Assembly (NCBI RefSeq): GCF_008000775.2
Contig: NZ_CP042905.2
Coordinates: 2,580,001 to 2,612,000, forward strand
Direction of reading: 5' to 3'
Source: Promethearchaeum syntrophicum
Lineage (GTDB): Archaea; Asgardarchaeota; Lokiarchaeia; Sigyniarchaeales; Promethearchaeaceae
DNA length: 32,000 nt
How positions within the stretch are numbered: the first letter of the stretch is position 1; the number at the start of each line of letters is the position of its first letter. This document shows positions 12,901-19,408 of this stretch, one piece after another. Position numbers and translations under genes: made by a program. The notes under the pieces are model-generated. The model was not told where the DNA came from. It saw only the letters and a list, made by a program, of their open reading frames with translations, and did no database searches.

Positions 12901-13349
12901 ATATTAAGACCTATAAAGCCAAAATTATTAAATATCAAGAAAAGGTCCAAGAAGAACCAAAAACACAGGGAAAACCCAGTAATAAGCAAGTAGCTCAACA
13001 AAAAGCAGCTGAGTATTTGAAGATGGCCGATGATGCAGAAAATTCTAATGATTTTCTGCAAGCTCTCGCCATTCATCATCAAATTTTAATATTACGGGAA
13101 GAAATTAAAGAAAAATCTTTAGTTTCAGCTACCAAAGCGAAAATTAAAACAATAATTGCCAAAATCCCTAATATAAAAGAGATTAGCGCCGGAATTGTCA
13201 AAGAAGCAGAAAACAAATATAAAGAAAAAGATTATATGACAGCTTACGCCAATTATCGCTATTTGAAGACTATTTTTGAAGCGCTCGAGGATAAGACTTT
13301 AATTAAAACCGTAGACAAATTGATATCGGATGTTTCTAAATATATTTAA
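3909..13349 (+). CDS. Giant secreted/surface-anchored repeat protein (3146 aa): signal peptide, 28 tandem 93-aa Ig-like beta-sandwich-type repeats, membrane-proximal domain, TM helix, cytoplasmic helical TPR-like tail
   Basis: N-terminal hydrophobic segment YLFSFLLFLSFSAVLSG. Repeat unit EVSGDPVEFNGAIYIRVNVTDLSTIDDVWIDLDGTNYTMIYISDDMYYYTTSPAVGLHTYTIYANDTEGNEGSTGPYTITVEDTIDPVLDVPV. TM helix YILGGVGVLAVILVSVGI followed by basic residues, then helical repeats (AEKNKDYYTVVLLYEKLIEIADALFKFG; AENSNDFLQALAIHHQILIL; KEKDYMTAYANYRYLKTIFEAL). Confidence 0.9.
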   Translation: MILTKILKGKIFHKVKKRSPLTKYLFSFLLFLSFSAVLSGIQIYPTTLDNFENGDQAKEDISHDFLAMIPKASIGPTIENLTKTDLLELGDYANITVDINHTNGVDTAFIEIGGTNYTMTKGAGVNEYNYTWQPSAVGNIPFTIYANDSVGGEWSSLPEDSINVQDTTGPSLSFLTKVNGDPTELGVNVTIRITATDLSTVDRVWINFDGTNYSMNSLPADVYNYSAPHPVGTYGFTIYANDTEGNEATPVVNSISVEDTIIPDINNVVEVSGDPVEFGDSIYIRVNVTDLSTIDDVWIDLDGTNYTMNYISDDMYYYTASPAVGLHTYTIYANDTTGNEGSTGPYTITVSDTIAPTISNVVEVSGDPVEFNGAIYIRVNVTDLSGVDDVWIDLDGTNYTMIYISDDMYYYTTSPAIGLHTYTIYANDTEGNEGSTIAYTITVSDTIAPTISNVVEVSGDPVEFNGAIYIRVNVTDLSGVDDVWIDLDGTNYTMIYISDDMYYYTTSPAIGLHTYTIYANDTEGNEGSTIAYTITVSDTIAPTISNVVEVSGDPVEFNGAIYIRVNVTDLSGVDDVWIDLDGTNYTMIYISDDMYYYTTSPAIGLHTYTIYANDTEGNEGATLADTITVEDTIDPVLDVPVEVSGDPVEFNGAIYIRVNVTDLSTIDDVWIDLDGTNYTMIYISDDMYYYTTSPAVGLHTYTIYANDTEGNEGSTGPYTITVEDTIDPVLDVPVEVSGDPVEFNGAIYIRVNVTDLSTIDDVWIDLDGTNYTMNYISDDMYYYTASPAVGLHTYTIYANDTSGNEGSTGPYTITVSDTIAPTISNVEEVSGDPVEFNGAIYIRVNVTDISGVDDVWIDFDGTNYTMIYISDDMYYYTTSPAIGLHTYTIYANDTEGNEGSTIAYTITVSDTIAPTISNVVEVSGDPVEFNGAIYIRVNVTDLSGVDDVWIDLDGTNYTMIYISDDMYYYTASPAVGLHTYTIYANDTEGNEGATLADTITVEDTIDPVLDVPVEVSGDPVEFNGAIYIRVNVTDLSTIDDVWIDLDGTNYTMIYISDDMYYYTTSPAVGLHTYTIYANDTEGNEGSTGPYTITVEDTIDPVLDVPVEVSGDPVEFNGAIYIRVNVTDLSTIDDVWIDLDGTNYTMIYISDDMYYYTTSPAVGLHTYTIYANDTEGNEGSTGPYTITVEDTIDPVLDVPVEVSGDPVEFNGAIYIRVNVTDLSTIDDVWIDLDGTNYTMNYISDDMYYYTASPAVGLHTYTIYANDTSGNEGSTGPYTITVSDTIAPTISNVEEVSGDPTQSGSNVYIRVNVSDLSTIDDVWIDFDGTNYTMIYISDDMYYFSSLYVIGTYPYSIYANDTYGNQDSLTGFDIEVSDTTPPIISNIVEVSNDPTEFNSDIYIRVNVTHPVGVDDVWIEFNGINFTMTPLGGIMYYYTATYGINTYSYTIYSNSTIGIEGSSGPYTITVSDNTDPSLDIPVEVSGDPVEFNGAIYIRVNVTDLSTIDDVWIDLDGTNYTMIYISDDMYYYTASPAVGIYTYTIYANDTYENEGSTGPYTITIEDTIDPVLSNVVEVSGDPVEFNGAIYIRVNVTDLSTIDDVWIDLDGTNYTMIYISDDMYYYTTSPAVGLHTYTIYANDTEGNEGSTGPYTITVEDTIDPVLDVPVEVSGDPVEFNGAIYIRVNVTDLSTIDDVWIDLDGTNYTMIYISDDMYYYTTSPAVGLHTYTIYANDTEGNEGSTGPYTITVEDTIDPVLDVPVEVSGDPVEFNGAIYIRVNVTDLSTIDDVWIDLDGTNYTMIYISDDMYYYTTSPAVGLHTYTIYANDTEGNEGSTGPYTITVEDTIDPVLDVPVEVSGDPVEFNGAIYIRVNVTDLSTIDDVWIDLDGTNYTMIYISDDMYYYTTSPAVGLHTYTIYANDTEGNEGSTGPYTITVEDTIDPVLDVPVEVSGDPVEFNGAIYIRVNVTDLSTIDDVWIDLDGTNYTMIYISDDMYYYTTSPAVGLHTYTIYANDTEGNEGSTGPYTITVEDTIDPVLDVPVEVSGDPVEFNGAIYIRVNVTDLSTIDDVWIDLDGTNYTMIYISDDMYYYTTSPAVGLHTYTIYANDTEGNEGATLADTITVEDTIDPVLDVPVEVSGDPVEFNGAIYIRVNVTDLSTIDDVWIDLDGTNYTMNYISDDMYYYTASPAVGLHTYTIYANDTSGNEGSTGPYTITVSDTIAPTISNVEEVSGDPTQSGSNVYIRVNVSDLSTIDDVWIDFDGTNYTMIYISDDMYYFSSLYVIGTYPYSIYANDTYGNQDSLTGFDIEVSDTTPPIISNIVEVSNDPTEFNSDIYIRVNVTHPVGVDDVWIEFNGINFTMTPLGGIMYYYTATYGINTYSYTIYSNSTIGIEGSSGPYTITVSDNTDPSLDIPVEVSGDPVEFNGAIYIRVNVTDLSTIDDVWIDLDGTNYTMIYISDDMYYYTASPAVGLHTYTIYANDTEGNEGSTGPYTITVEDTIDPVLSNVVEVSGDPVEFNGAIYIRVNVTDLSTINDVWIDLDGTNYTMIYISDDMYYYTTSPAVAVHTYTIYANDTEGNEGSTGPYTITIEDTIGPILSNLVEVSGDPTQSGQDIYIRLNVSDFSTLDDVWIDFDGINYTMTPLSGDMYYYTDSYGFGVYSYTIYANDTYGNTASILGPDITVTDITAPIISNLVEVSGDPVEFNGSIYIRINVTDPSGVDSVWIDFDGTNYTMTSLSGDMYYYSTSPAVGTHNYTIYANDTYGNEGMISGDISVSEIVQSIIIFDLTDYATDSLAADSDFNVSLPIDNSSTMDWAKVYFIIVSGPSSAAPGDNWTPIDLVNGQATISSEYYDSGDTLSYYFEIRDTDGNIFYVFSSGISTSNATAQTAAFSFEITNATGGTPLPFDIMQYLPYILGGVGVLAVILVSVGIKKSASKRSISKKDLRNMKEAGDAAKELLERQKTIQKEASYAEKNKDYYTVVLLYEKLIEIADALFKFGRPEAADDIKTYKAKIIKYQEKVQEEPKTQGKPSNKQVAQQKAAEYLKMADDAENSNDFLQALAIHHQILILREEIKEKSLVSATKAKIKTIIAKIPNIKEISAGIVKEAENKYKEKDYMTAYANYRYLKTIFEALEDKTLIKTVDKLISDVSKYI
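7456..8387 (+). repeat. 932-bp segment repeated identically at 10246-11177 (offset 2790 bp = 10 units)
   Basis: Line-by-line comparison shows identity from ATACAATCACCGTAG (7456 / 10246) to ...GGAGCCATCTATATC (8387 / 11177). The copies then differ (CGA vs AGA). Confidence 0.9.
8901..10016 (+). repeat. Four consecutive apparently nucleotide-identical 279-bp units (units 17-20)
   Basis: Units beginning GAAGTGAGTGGAGATCCGGTTGAATTT at 8901, 9180, 9459 and 9738 read the same throughout, including synonymous positions. Confidence 0.85.
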
Positions 13350-13369
13350 TCGGAACCTCCCCTTTTTTG

Positions 13370-13409
13370 ATTAGATTTTATATTTTTTTCTTTTATTCTT
13401 TTTTTGTCC
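13370..13409 (+). terminator. T-rich archaeal-type terminator region after the giant gene
   Basis: Runs of T (ATATTTTTTTCTTTTATTCTTTTTTTG) 20-60 bp after the stop codon. Confidence 0.35.
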
Positions 13410-13519
13410 ATGCTTTCTTTTACTCTGGTGTTCTAAGGAGATTAAATAAAAACTTCTATCAGACTACATCCTAGACATTTAAATAACTCGCACAGATATG
13501 TATATTACGTTAAAAAAAA

Positions 13520-13540
13520 CATGATTTTTCAAGTTAATCT
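13520..13540. repeat. Left terminal inverted repeat of the IS
   Basis: Exact reverse complement of 15268-15288. Confidence 0.92.
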
Positions 13541-15202
13541 TTTTTCATAAAATTGTGCTTGGACTTTACTAATTCCTAAAAATTTCAATGTTTTTTTTAA
13601 CCAATTTTCACTTAAAACCTTCTTACGTCCATCATGCATAGATTTAAGCAACCGCCAATTTAGATTACTCGCTTCTTCCCAAATATCACTTTCTAATTCT
13701 TCATCTCTACAGAATACAAAACGCAAATGGTAATCTCCTTCAGTAAGGATCAGCCTTCCCACTTGTTTCTTAGCACTACGACTGTAAAAATGCGATTTTT
13801 GGCGTCCAAAGGCTTGCTCTAAAGTATTATTTGTCAAAATCGGTTTTTCAAATTTACGATAACTGAATAGACCATTACGATAACTTTCCCACAATCTTAG
13901 CCACTCTCCCATTATTTCCAAATATGTACTAGACGATCGCGGTAAATAGGCCCGCAAATTCGTTTTAACAAAATTTTGATCGGTTTCAAGTAGTTTTTGC
14001 TCCAAATTGACAAATAATGTTGCCATGTTGTCCTCGATCTCTGATGAACTTACATTTTTTGCAAAGTATCCTGAATAAATTTCTTTGAAGATCTCAAAAA
14101 GTTCGTTACAATCAGAATAGAGAGAATATAATGAACTTAATGATTCTGTCCATTTTTCTCCCTCTCTACGATATATTTTGTGAATTCGATAGTTTTGAGG
14201 TACTTGACTCATGATTTCAAACATTTGAGCTGTGTAATCGTCTAAATGTTCGAAAAATTTAATCCCCCTAAGTTGTTCAAATTTTTTGTTTCTGAAGCGT
14301 TTCATTTTTTTTAAATCAGCAATTATCGGAGAAAAAACCGTTTTTGGGGCAATTTTTCCATGTTCTTCAATATATATTGGGGAATTAGGACCTGTGTTCA
14401 AAAAATAGCTATTTTGTATTACTTGAGATAATCTTTTATGGAGTTTTCCATCAAGTAATTCCAAATGATTCCAAATATTATTCATAAAATGGTACCCACA
14501 GTATTGATGGGGTATTTTGGGATAATATTTGGAGATGCAACTCGTTATATTGTTTTGTTTATCGCTAATAAATCCACTTATCTTCACAGAATAAAGAGAG
14601 ATAATTTTTTCAATCTCATCATGCAGAATATCTGCTGTTGCACTTTCTAGGTAAACCGTGGATAGTAATCGGTTCGAAATTAAATCAACAAAGAGCCACA
14701 ATCCTGGACCCTCAACCAATGGATCCTCTCCATCTAAACCCATTAAAATGACTTTTTGTTTCTTTATAATTTCTAAAGTTTTTTGATCAATAGCTTCAGA
14801 TTTGACTACAGTCACCACATTAATCATTCTTCGGATTGTACTTTCAGAAATTTTCAATTTATATTCTGTTTGAAGCACATCTAAAATATATGCTGCCTTA
14901 AAATGTTTCTTCAAAGCGTAAAATGCTACCTTTTGTACAACATCTTTTCCATAATAGAAACCTTCAAATTCAAACCGAGATTGAGGATTAAATACAATAT
15001 CGTGCATTTTACAATTTGGATTAATGCAATGATAATAGATTGTGATTTGATTTATGTCTCCAGCAAGAGAATGCACGATTTTACCATTGTCTGCATATTT
15101 TTTGATTACTTTTTCCTGACAGACAGGACATTCTTTTGGTAAATTCTGGGGCCATTTTAGATAAACGGTACAATAATCCCCCGACTGAGCATGATATTTC
15201 AT
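13529..15202 (-). CDS. DDE-type transposase, ISL3-like (N-terminal zinc-binding domain)
   Basis: N-terminal CPVC...CINPNC zinc-finger pattern; helical HTH-like region KISESTIRRMI; candidate acidic residues in GLDGEDP, FISDKQNN and NNTLEQAFGRQKS; CxxH (CGYHFMNNI) after the second D. Flanked by perfect TIRs. The stop codon lies inside the left TIR. Confidence 0.82.
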   Translation of the reverse strand: MKYHAQSGDYCTVYLKWPQNLPKECPVCQEKVIKKYADNGKIVHSLAGDINQITIYYHCINPNCKMHDIVFNPQSRFEFEGFYYGKDVVQKVAFYALKKHFKAAYILDVLQTEYKLKISESTIRRMINVVTVVKSEAIDQKTLEIIKKQKVILMGLDGEDPLVEGPGLWLFVDLISNRLLSTVYLESATADILHDEIEKIISLYSVKISGFISDKQNNITSCISKYYPKIPHQYCGYHFMNNIWNHLELLDGKLHKRLSQVIQNSYFLNTGPNSPIYIEEHGKIAPKTVFSPIIADLKKMKRFRNKKFEQLRGIKFFEHLDDYTAQMFEIMSQVPQNYRIHKIYRREGEKWTESLSSLYSLYSDCNELFEIFKEIYSGYFAKNVSSSEIEDNMATLFVNLEQKLLETDQNFVKTNLRAYLPRSSSTYLEIMGEWLRLWESYRNGLFSYRKFEKPILTNNTLEQAFGRQKSHFYSRSAKKQVGRLILTEGDYHLRFVFCRDEELESDIWEEASNLNWRLLKSMHDGRKKVLSENWLKKTLKFLGISKVQAQFYEKRLT

Positions 15203-15267
15203 TAATTTAACAAAAGAAAAAAAGTGATTTATAGTTTTTGTTTTGTTCCAATCTTTTTGTCGGATGG

Positions 15268-15288
15268 AGATTAACTTGAAAAATCATG
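15268..15288. repeat. Right terminal inverted repeat of the IS
   Basis: Exact reverse complement of 13520-13540. Confidence 0.92.
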
Positions 15289-15342
15289 AAAAAAAAATTT
15301 TTTTTTTTAAGAAAAAATATATTAAAACTAAAAGTGTTGATT

Positions 15343-18336
15343 ATGAAAAATAAAACGTTAAAAATTATAGGTGTCATGGTTATTACGACATTTATTCTAA
15401 GCTATTTAAGCACTACGGCCTTAGTTTCAGCAGCGAATGGAGAACCGAATTTTATTTTGGAGACCTCAGAAGCAAAAAATTATGGAATGGGGGTTATACA
15501 GACTGAAAGATCAGTAGCAGCTACTCTTCAAATGAATGGAGAAGTCTCTGGGGGATTTACATATACAGATTTCTTGGGTAATCCTCAAGTGGCTGAAGAC
15601 TCTGTTTTTGAAACGGAAAATTCTCACCTCTATTATCCAGTTAATTTACGATATGAGAATTATTGGAATACGGAACTTTTGAGGGAATTTAGTACACATT
15701 ATGCAAGGGCACGAAATGTCTCAGATCTACCAGATCAACATGGAAATTACACAGCTTCTTTTGTAACTGAACAATATGAATTATCTGTAGATACTAGTTG
15801 TGAAATTTCTGTATCAGATTTAACCTCTGAAATTCTTTTTGATGTCTCCTCTAAAGGAATTTATCAAATTTGGATGAACAATATTAACCTAATCGGAAGT
15901 CCAGTCATTTTGTCTCCAACAGATAAATTTGTTATTCCCGTAGAAAATGAGTTACCACCGGTGATTGATGGAGGGGATTCTTTAGGCAAATATTTCTTTT
16001 TTGCTGCATATGAAACTGGGATTTATAGAATTTACCTTCAAACTGGTGACCCAATTATTACTTTAAGAGCAGAACATCATAAAGGGCAATCGATTAAATT
16101 AGGTGAAGCGATTCGTGGAGGAAAAGATCCAAGTGATCCAACATTCTTTGATACAGTCTATTCAATGGATGTTTATCAACTGGATGTAAAAAATTTAGAA
16201 ACTGTATACAAATATCTTTTAGATTTTGAATATGGATCACCTTCTTTATATTATTTTGTTGAAGATAGTCTGACGTCATATTCCTCAAGTTTGAACCCAG
16301 GTATTAATCGAGTTTTACCTTCTGTTACCGATAGTAAAGTATATATTGTAATCGATAATCCAAATTATTTCTCTTGGGCAGACCCTGGAATTGATGAAGC
16401 AGATCCACTAAAATATACTATGAAATTTGATGAGGTAGAACCTATAGAACATATAATTGGCGGAAATCAAACAATAAATTTAGCCAAATCAATAGGAGTT
16501 ACTGCAAGAACTTTTGAAATTGTAAATACATCTTTAGTATCATTCCATTTTGAAGATTTAGGCGCAAATTCACCAAATGTTTTTGGAAATAAAATTATAA
16601 AAATTGATGAAGAACAAGCACGGGATGCTTCAATACCGTCAACAATTTCTTCATCAAATGGAACTTTCATGAGTGCACTTTTAGAACCAGGAAAATATAA
16701 AGTTATTTTTCAGCATTCAGGATCAATGGGCCCAGAATATCTTCATTTCTATACAAAATTAGTAGAATTTCAACCATTAAATGTCGAAGGTATGGATTTA
16801 TCCGGAACCTTACCTTATAATTTTACTGGTCTAAATTTTGAAGATGTCACATTACCAGCATGGGAAGGCTATCCAAATACCTATGGGGCAACCTATCCGC
16901 TTGGTTTCAATATTTCAATTGATGAAAACTTTTGGGATTATGGTTATAATGTTTCAATTCATGCAGACAAAAATGCAGAAATTTTTGATGACTATATTAC
17001 TCCCGATTTGGCAGTTCTCTGGGACGATGATGGTAATGATTTTACAGATTATACTGAGGCAATCCAACCAGGAAATGCAACAAAAGTCCCTGTAAAAACA
17101 ATTCCTAGTGGTGATGTTGGAGATGCTTTGATTATTGGTGCTTATGATAAATTTGATCGTATTGAAGTTACATTGGCTGATCCATCAGATAGAGATGCTT
17201 TTGAATGGCAATATTACCGTGAATTCTGGGGATGGAGAGATTTTGATGCAGAGGATCCAAATTTCGATGATGGAACTCTAACTGCTACAGGAAGTTTAAA
17301 TAAGAGTGGAACATTATCTTGGGATCCGGAGGAATTAACTAATTGGAACTTTTTCTCTTCTGGTTCAGATGATATTGGTTCTGAAAGACCAAATACAGAT
17401 GATGAAAATTATTACTTAATTAGAGTTAGATGTACTGATGATGCAGCCGATATCGCTAATATTACCTCAGTAAGATTAAGGAAATTTACTAAGATCAATC
17501 TTGATTTAGGTAGTAAACTGGCTTTTAATATTGGGACTCCAGAAAAGCCTGTTTATTATAGAGCCAGTTCGGGCTCATCTTCGAATTTAAAATTCGCATC
17601 GAGTTATAACCAATCAAGTTATTTAGATGTAGTTCATACAATAGATAAGAATTATTATTCAGAAGAGGCAATTCTATATCTCTATGCTAGTGATATTCAA
17701 TTATATGACTATAATGGATCCAATAACGGAGTTTATGTTCCATTGGAAAAACCTTTGACATACTCGGTTTGTGTTTTTCAACCAGAAGCGAATTATAAAC
17801 AAATTATCCCGTATAATATCAGTTTAAATGTTCCAACAACTCATTCGAATCAGTTGAATTTATCCGCACTTCCAAGTGATCAATCAAATACCATAATAGT
17901 ACCTGATAGACGTACAGTGTACCTTAATATTACACCACGAACTATGTACGATTGGACACAAATTAATGTGCAATTTATCAACGCAAGTGTATTATCAACC
18001 CGTCTCATTGCTCCAGCAATGTATGATTTAGACACAGCAAGTACATATACGAGTACTTATGGTAATGGTCAATTTAATTTAGGCTATACTGGAGTCAATA
18101 TGAATGCGTCCATCGAATTCGGGTTTATTACTGAGACACTTTATCTTGAATTTGTTATTGAAAACACAACGAATAATTCTCCAATTATGAAAACCTATGG
18201 AGGACAATTTAACTACCCAATGTTAACAATATTAGAAGCATCAGTAAAATCTAATACGGGATTATACGTTGGAATTGGTGCCGGGGTAGTTGTTTTGATT
18301 GCAGTTTCAGTTGTACTCTATAAAAAGAAACATTAA
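15343..18336 (+). CDS. Large secreted protein with C-terminal transmembrane anchor (about 997 aa from the preferred start)
   Basis: Preferred start ATG at 15343 (MKNKTLKIIGVMVITTFILSYLSTTALVSAANG, signal-peptide-like). C-terminal GLYVGIGAGVVVLIAVSVVLYKKKH anchor. The listed start at 15286 lies inside the IS terminal repeat. Confidence 0.8.
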   Translation: MKNKTLKIIGVMVITTFILSYLSTTALVSAANGEPNFILETSEAKNYGMGVIQTERSVAATLQMNGEVSGGFTYTDFLGNPQVAEDSVFETENSHLYYPVNLRYENYWNTELLREFSTHYARARNVSDLPDQHGNYTASFVTEQYELSVDTSCEISVSDLTSEILFDVSSKGIYQIWMNNINLIGSPVILSPTDKFVIPVENELPPVIDGGDSLGKYFFFAAYETGIYRIYLQTGDPIITLRAEHHKGQSIKLGEAIRGGKDPSDPTFFDTVYSMDVYQLDVKNLETVYKYLLDFEYGSPSLYYFVEDSLTSYSSSLNPGINRVLPSVTDSKVYIVIDNPNYFSWADPGIDEADPLKYTMKFDEVEPIEHIIGGNQTINLAKSIGVTARTFEIVNTSLVSFHFEDLGANSPNVFGNKIIKIDEEQARDASIPSTISSSNGTFMSALLEPGKYKVIFQHSGSMGPEYLHFYTKLVEFQPLNVEGMDLSGTLPYNFTGLNFEDVTLPAWEGYPNTYGATYPLGFNISIDENFWDYGYNVSIHADKNAEIFDDYITPDLAVLWDDDGNDFTDYTEAIQPGNATKVPVKTIPSGDVGDALIIGAYDKFDRIEVTLADPSDRDAFEWQYYREFWGWRDFDAEDPNFDDGTLTATGSLNKSGTLSWDPEELTNWNFFSSGSDDIGSERPNTDDENYYLIRVRCTDDAADIANITSVRLRKFTKINLDLGSKLAFNIGTPEKPVYYRASSGSSSNLKFASSYNQSSYLDVVHTIDKNYYSEEAILYLYASDIQLYDYNGSNNGVYVPLEKPLTYSVCVFQPEANYKQIIPYNISLNVPTTHSNQLNLSALPSDQSNTIIVPDRRTVYLNITPRTMYDWTQINVQFINASVLSTRLIAPAMYDLDTASTYTSTYGNGQFNLGYTGVNMNASIEFGFITETLYLEFVIENTTNNSPIMKTYGGQFNYPMLTILEASVKSNTGLYVGIGAGVVVLIAVSVVLYKKKH

Positions 18337-18471
18337 GTTTAAGATAGGATCTTTTTTTCTTATCTTTTACATTTTTTTTTCACTTTTTTCTCATTTTATC
18401 TCCTGCCTCTTCTCATATAATATCATTAGAATTATCAAAATCTAAAAAAAGAAAAATTGAAATAAAATGAA

Positions 18472-19347
18472 CTAAACTTCATATTTTGATTTAAAATATA
18501 ATAGATCTGATTGAATATCCTCAAAATCATAAATTTGGATTCTACTTTTTACCCCCATTTCAGTTGAATCTTGTGCTAAAATCGAAATTAAATTGAAATC
18601 TGATTTTATATGCTTAAAATCCTTATAACTAAGTTGTGGTCGAAACTTTCCGTCTCTTTTTATTTTAACAATTACCCATAACAAATACATTAAGATAATC
18701 CCCATATTAAATTCTATGAGGGTATTCACAACCATCAGCTCTAAACTCCAAGTTCCTTGCTCCAAACGTATTCCCGATACGGATAGGGAAAGCTCTAAAC
18801 AAAATTCAACCAGGATTCCAACAATAAAGAGATAAATAACATCTTCAAGTCTCAATTTTTTAAAGAGATACAATATGGTTGCAATGAGAATATTTCCTAT
18901 AGTCATTAAAGTAAATGTCAATCTCTGACGGTCAGCATTCATATTACGACTCACCCGTATAATTCGATCATCTAGCGGTATAAGTTGCGAGCCTACCCCT
19001 ACAAGGATCCACCCAAGGTAAAATATAATTGTCCAAACCCACAGCTCTCTCCAATTTCGTTTTTCAAACATCAATGCAACGTAGGAAAATTGAACGAAAC
19101 CTGCAGAAAAGCAAAACCAAAGAAAAAAAAGAATATTGTTGATGGGACCATCATACGTGCGGCTCTGCATGACTGTATACCAGATGTAATAATCTGCGAT
19201 TAAATATGCAATCCAACCAAAGAATCCCCAAATAATAGGAATCCAATATCTCTTTTTAATGAGAAAATATATCCAAATTGATAGAAAAAGAAGATCAAAA
19301 TAGATGAAATCAACCCCCAATGTTCGGGTTACTATCGAGTCAACCAT
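18472..19347 (-). CDS. Polytopic membrane protein of unknown function
   Basis: 291 aa with multiple hydrophobic segments (FDLLFLSIWIYFLI, WIPIIWGFFGWIAYLIADYYIW, NILFFLWFCFSAGFVQFSYVAL, MGIILMYLLWVIV). Confidence 0.7.
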   Translation of the reverse strand: MVDSIVTRTLGVDFIYFDLLFLSIWIYFLIKKRYWIPIIWGFFGWIAYLIADYYIWYTVMQSRTYDGPINNILFFLWFCFSAGFVQFSYVALMFEKRNWRELWVWTIIFYLGWILVGVGSQLIPLDDRIIRVSRNMNADRQRLTFTLMTIGNILIATILYLFKKLRLEDVIYLFIVGILVEFCLELSLSVSGIRLEQGTWSLELMVVNTLIEFNMGIILMYLLWVIVKIKRDGKFRPQLSYKDFKHIKSDFNLISILAQDSTEMGVKSRIQIYDFEDIQSDLLYFKSKYEV

Positions 19348-19408
19348 GTTTAATATTTACTGTCTCATAATATAAAACATTATTTACAGATTCTGATTAA
19401 TTTAAAAT

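Larger units (their letters stand above)
13520..15288 (-). mobile_element. Complete insertion sequence, about 1769 bp, with 21-bp perfect terminal inverted repeats and candidate 8-bp (A8) target duplication
   Basis: Left end CATGATTTTTCAAGTTAATCT (13520-13540) is the exact reverse complement of right end AGATTAACTTGAAAAATCATG (15268-15288). Flanks are AAAAAAAA (13512-13519) and AAAAAAAAA (15289-15297). The transposase ORF fills the interior. Confidence 0.9.

Noticed and set aside
13349-15343. Transposase region as part of a larger composite transposon carrying a surface gene
   Set aside because: The 21-bp ends bound only the transposase, and no second copy of these ends was found in the window.
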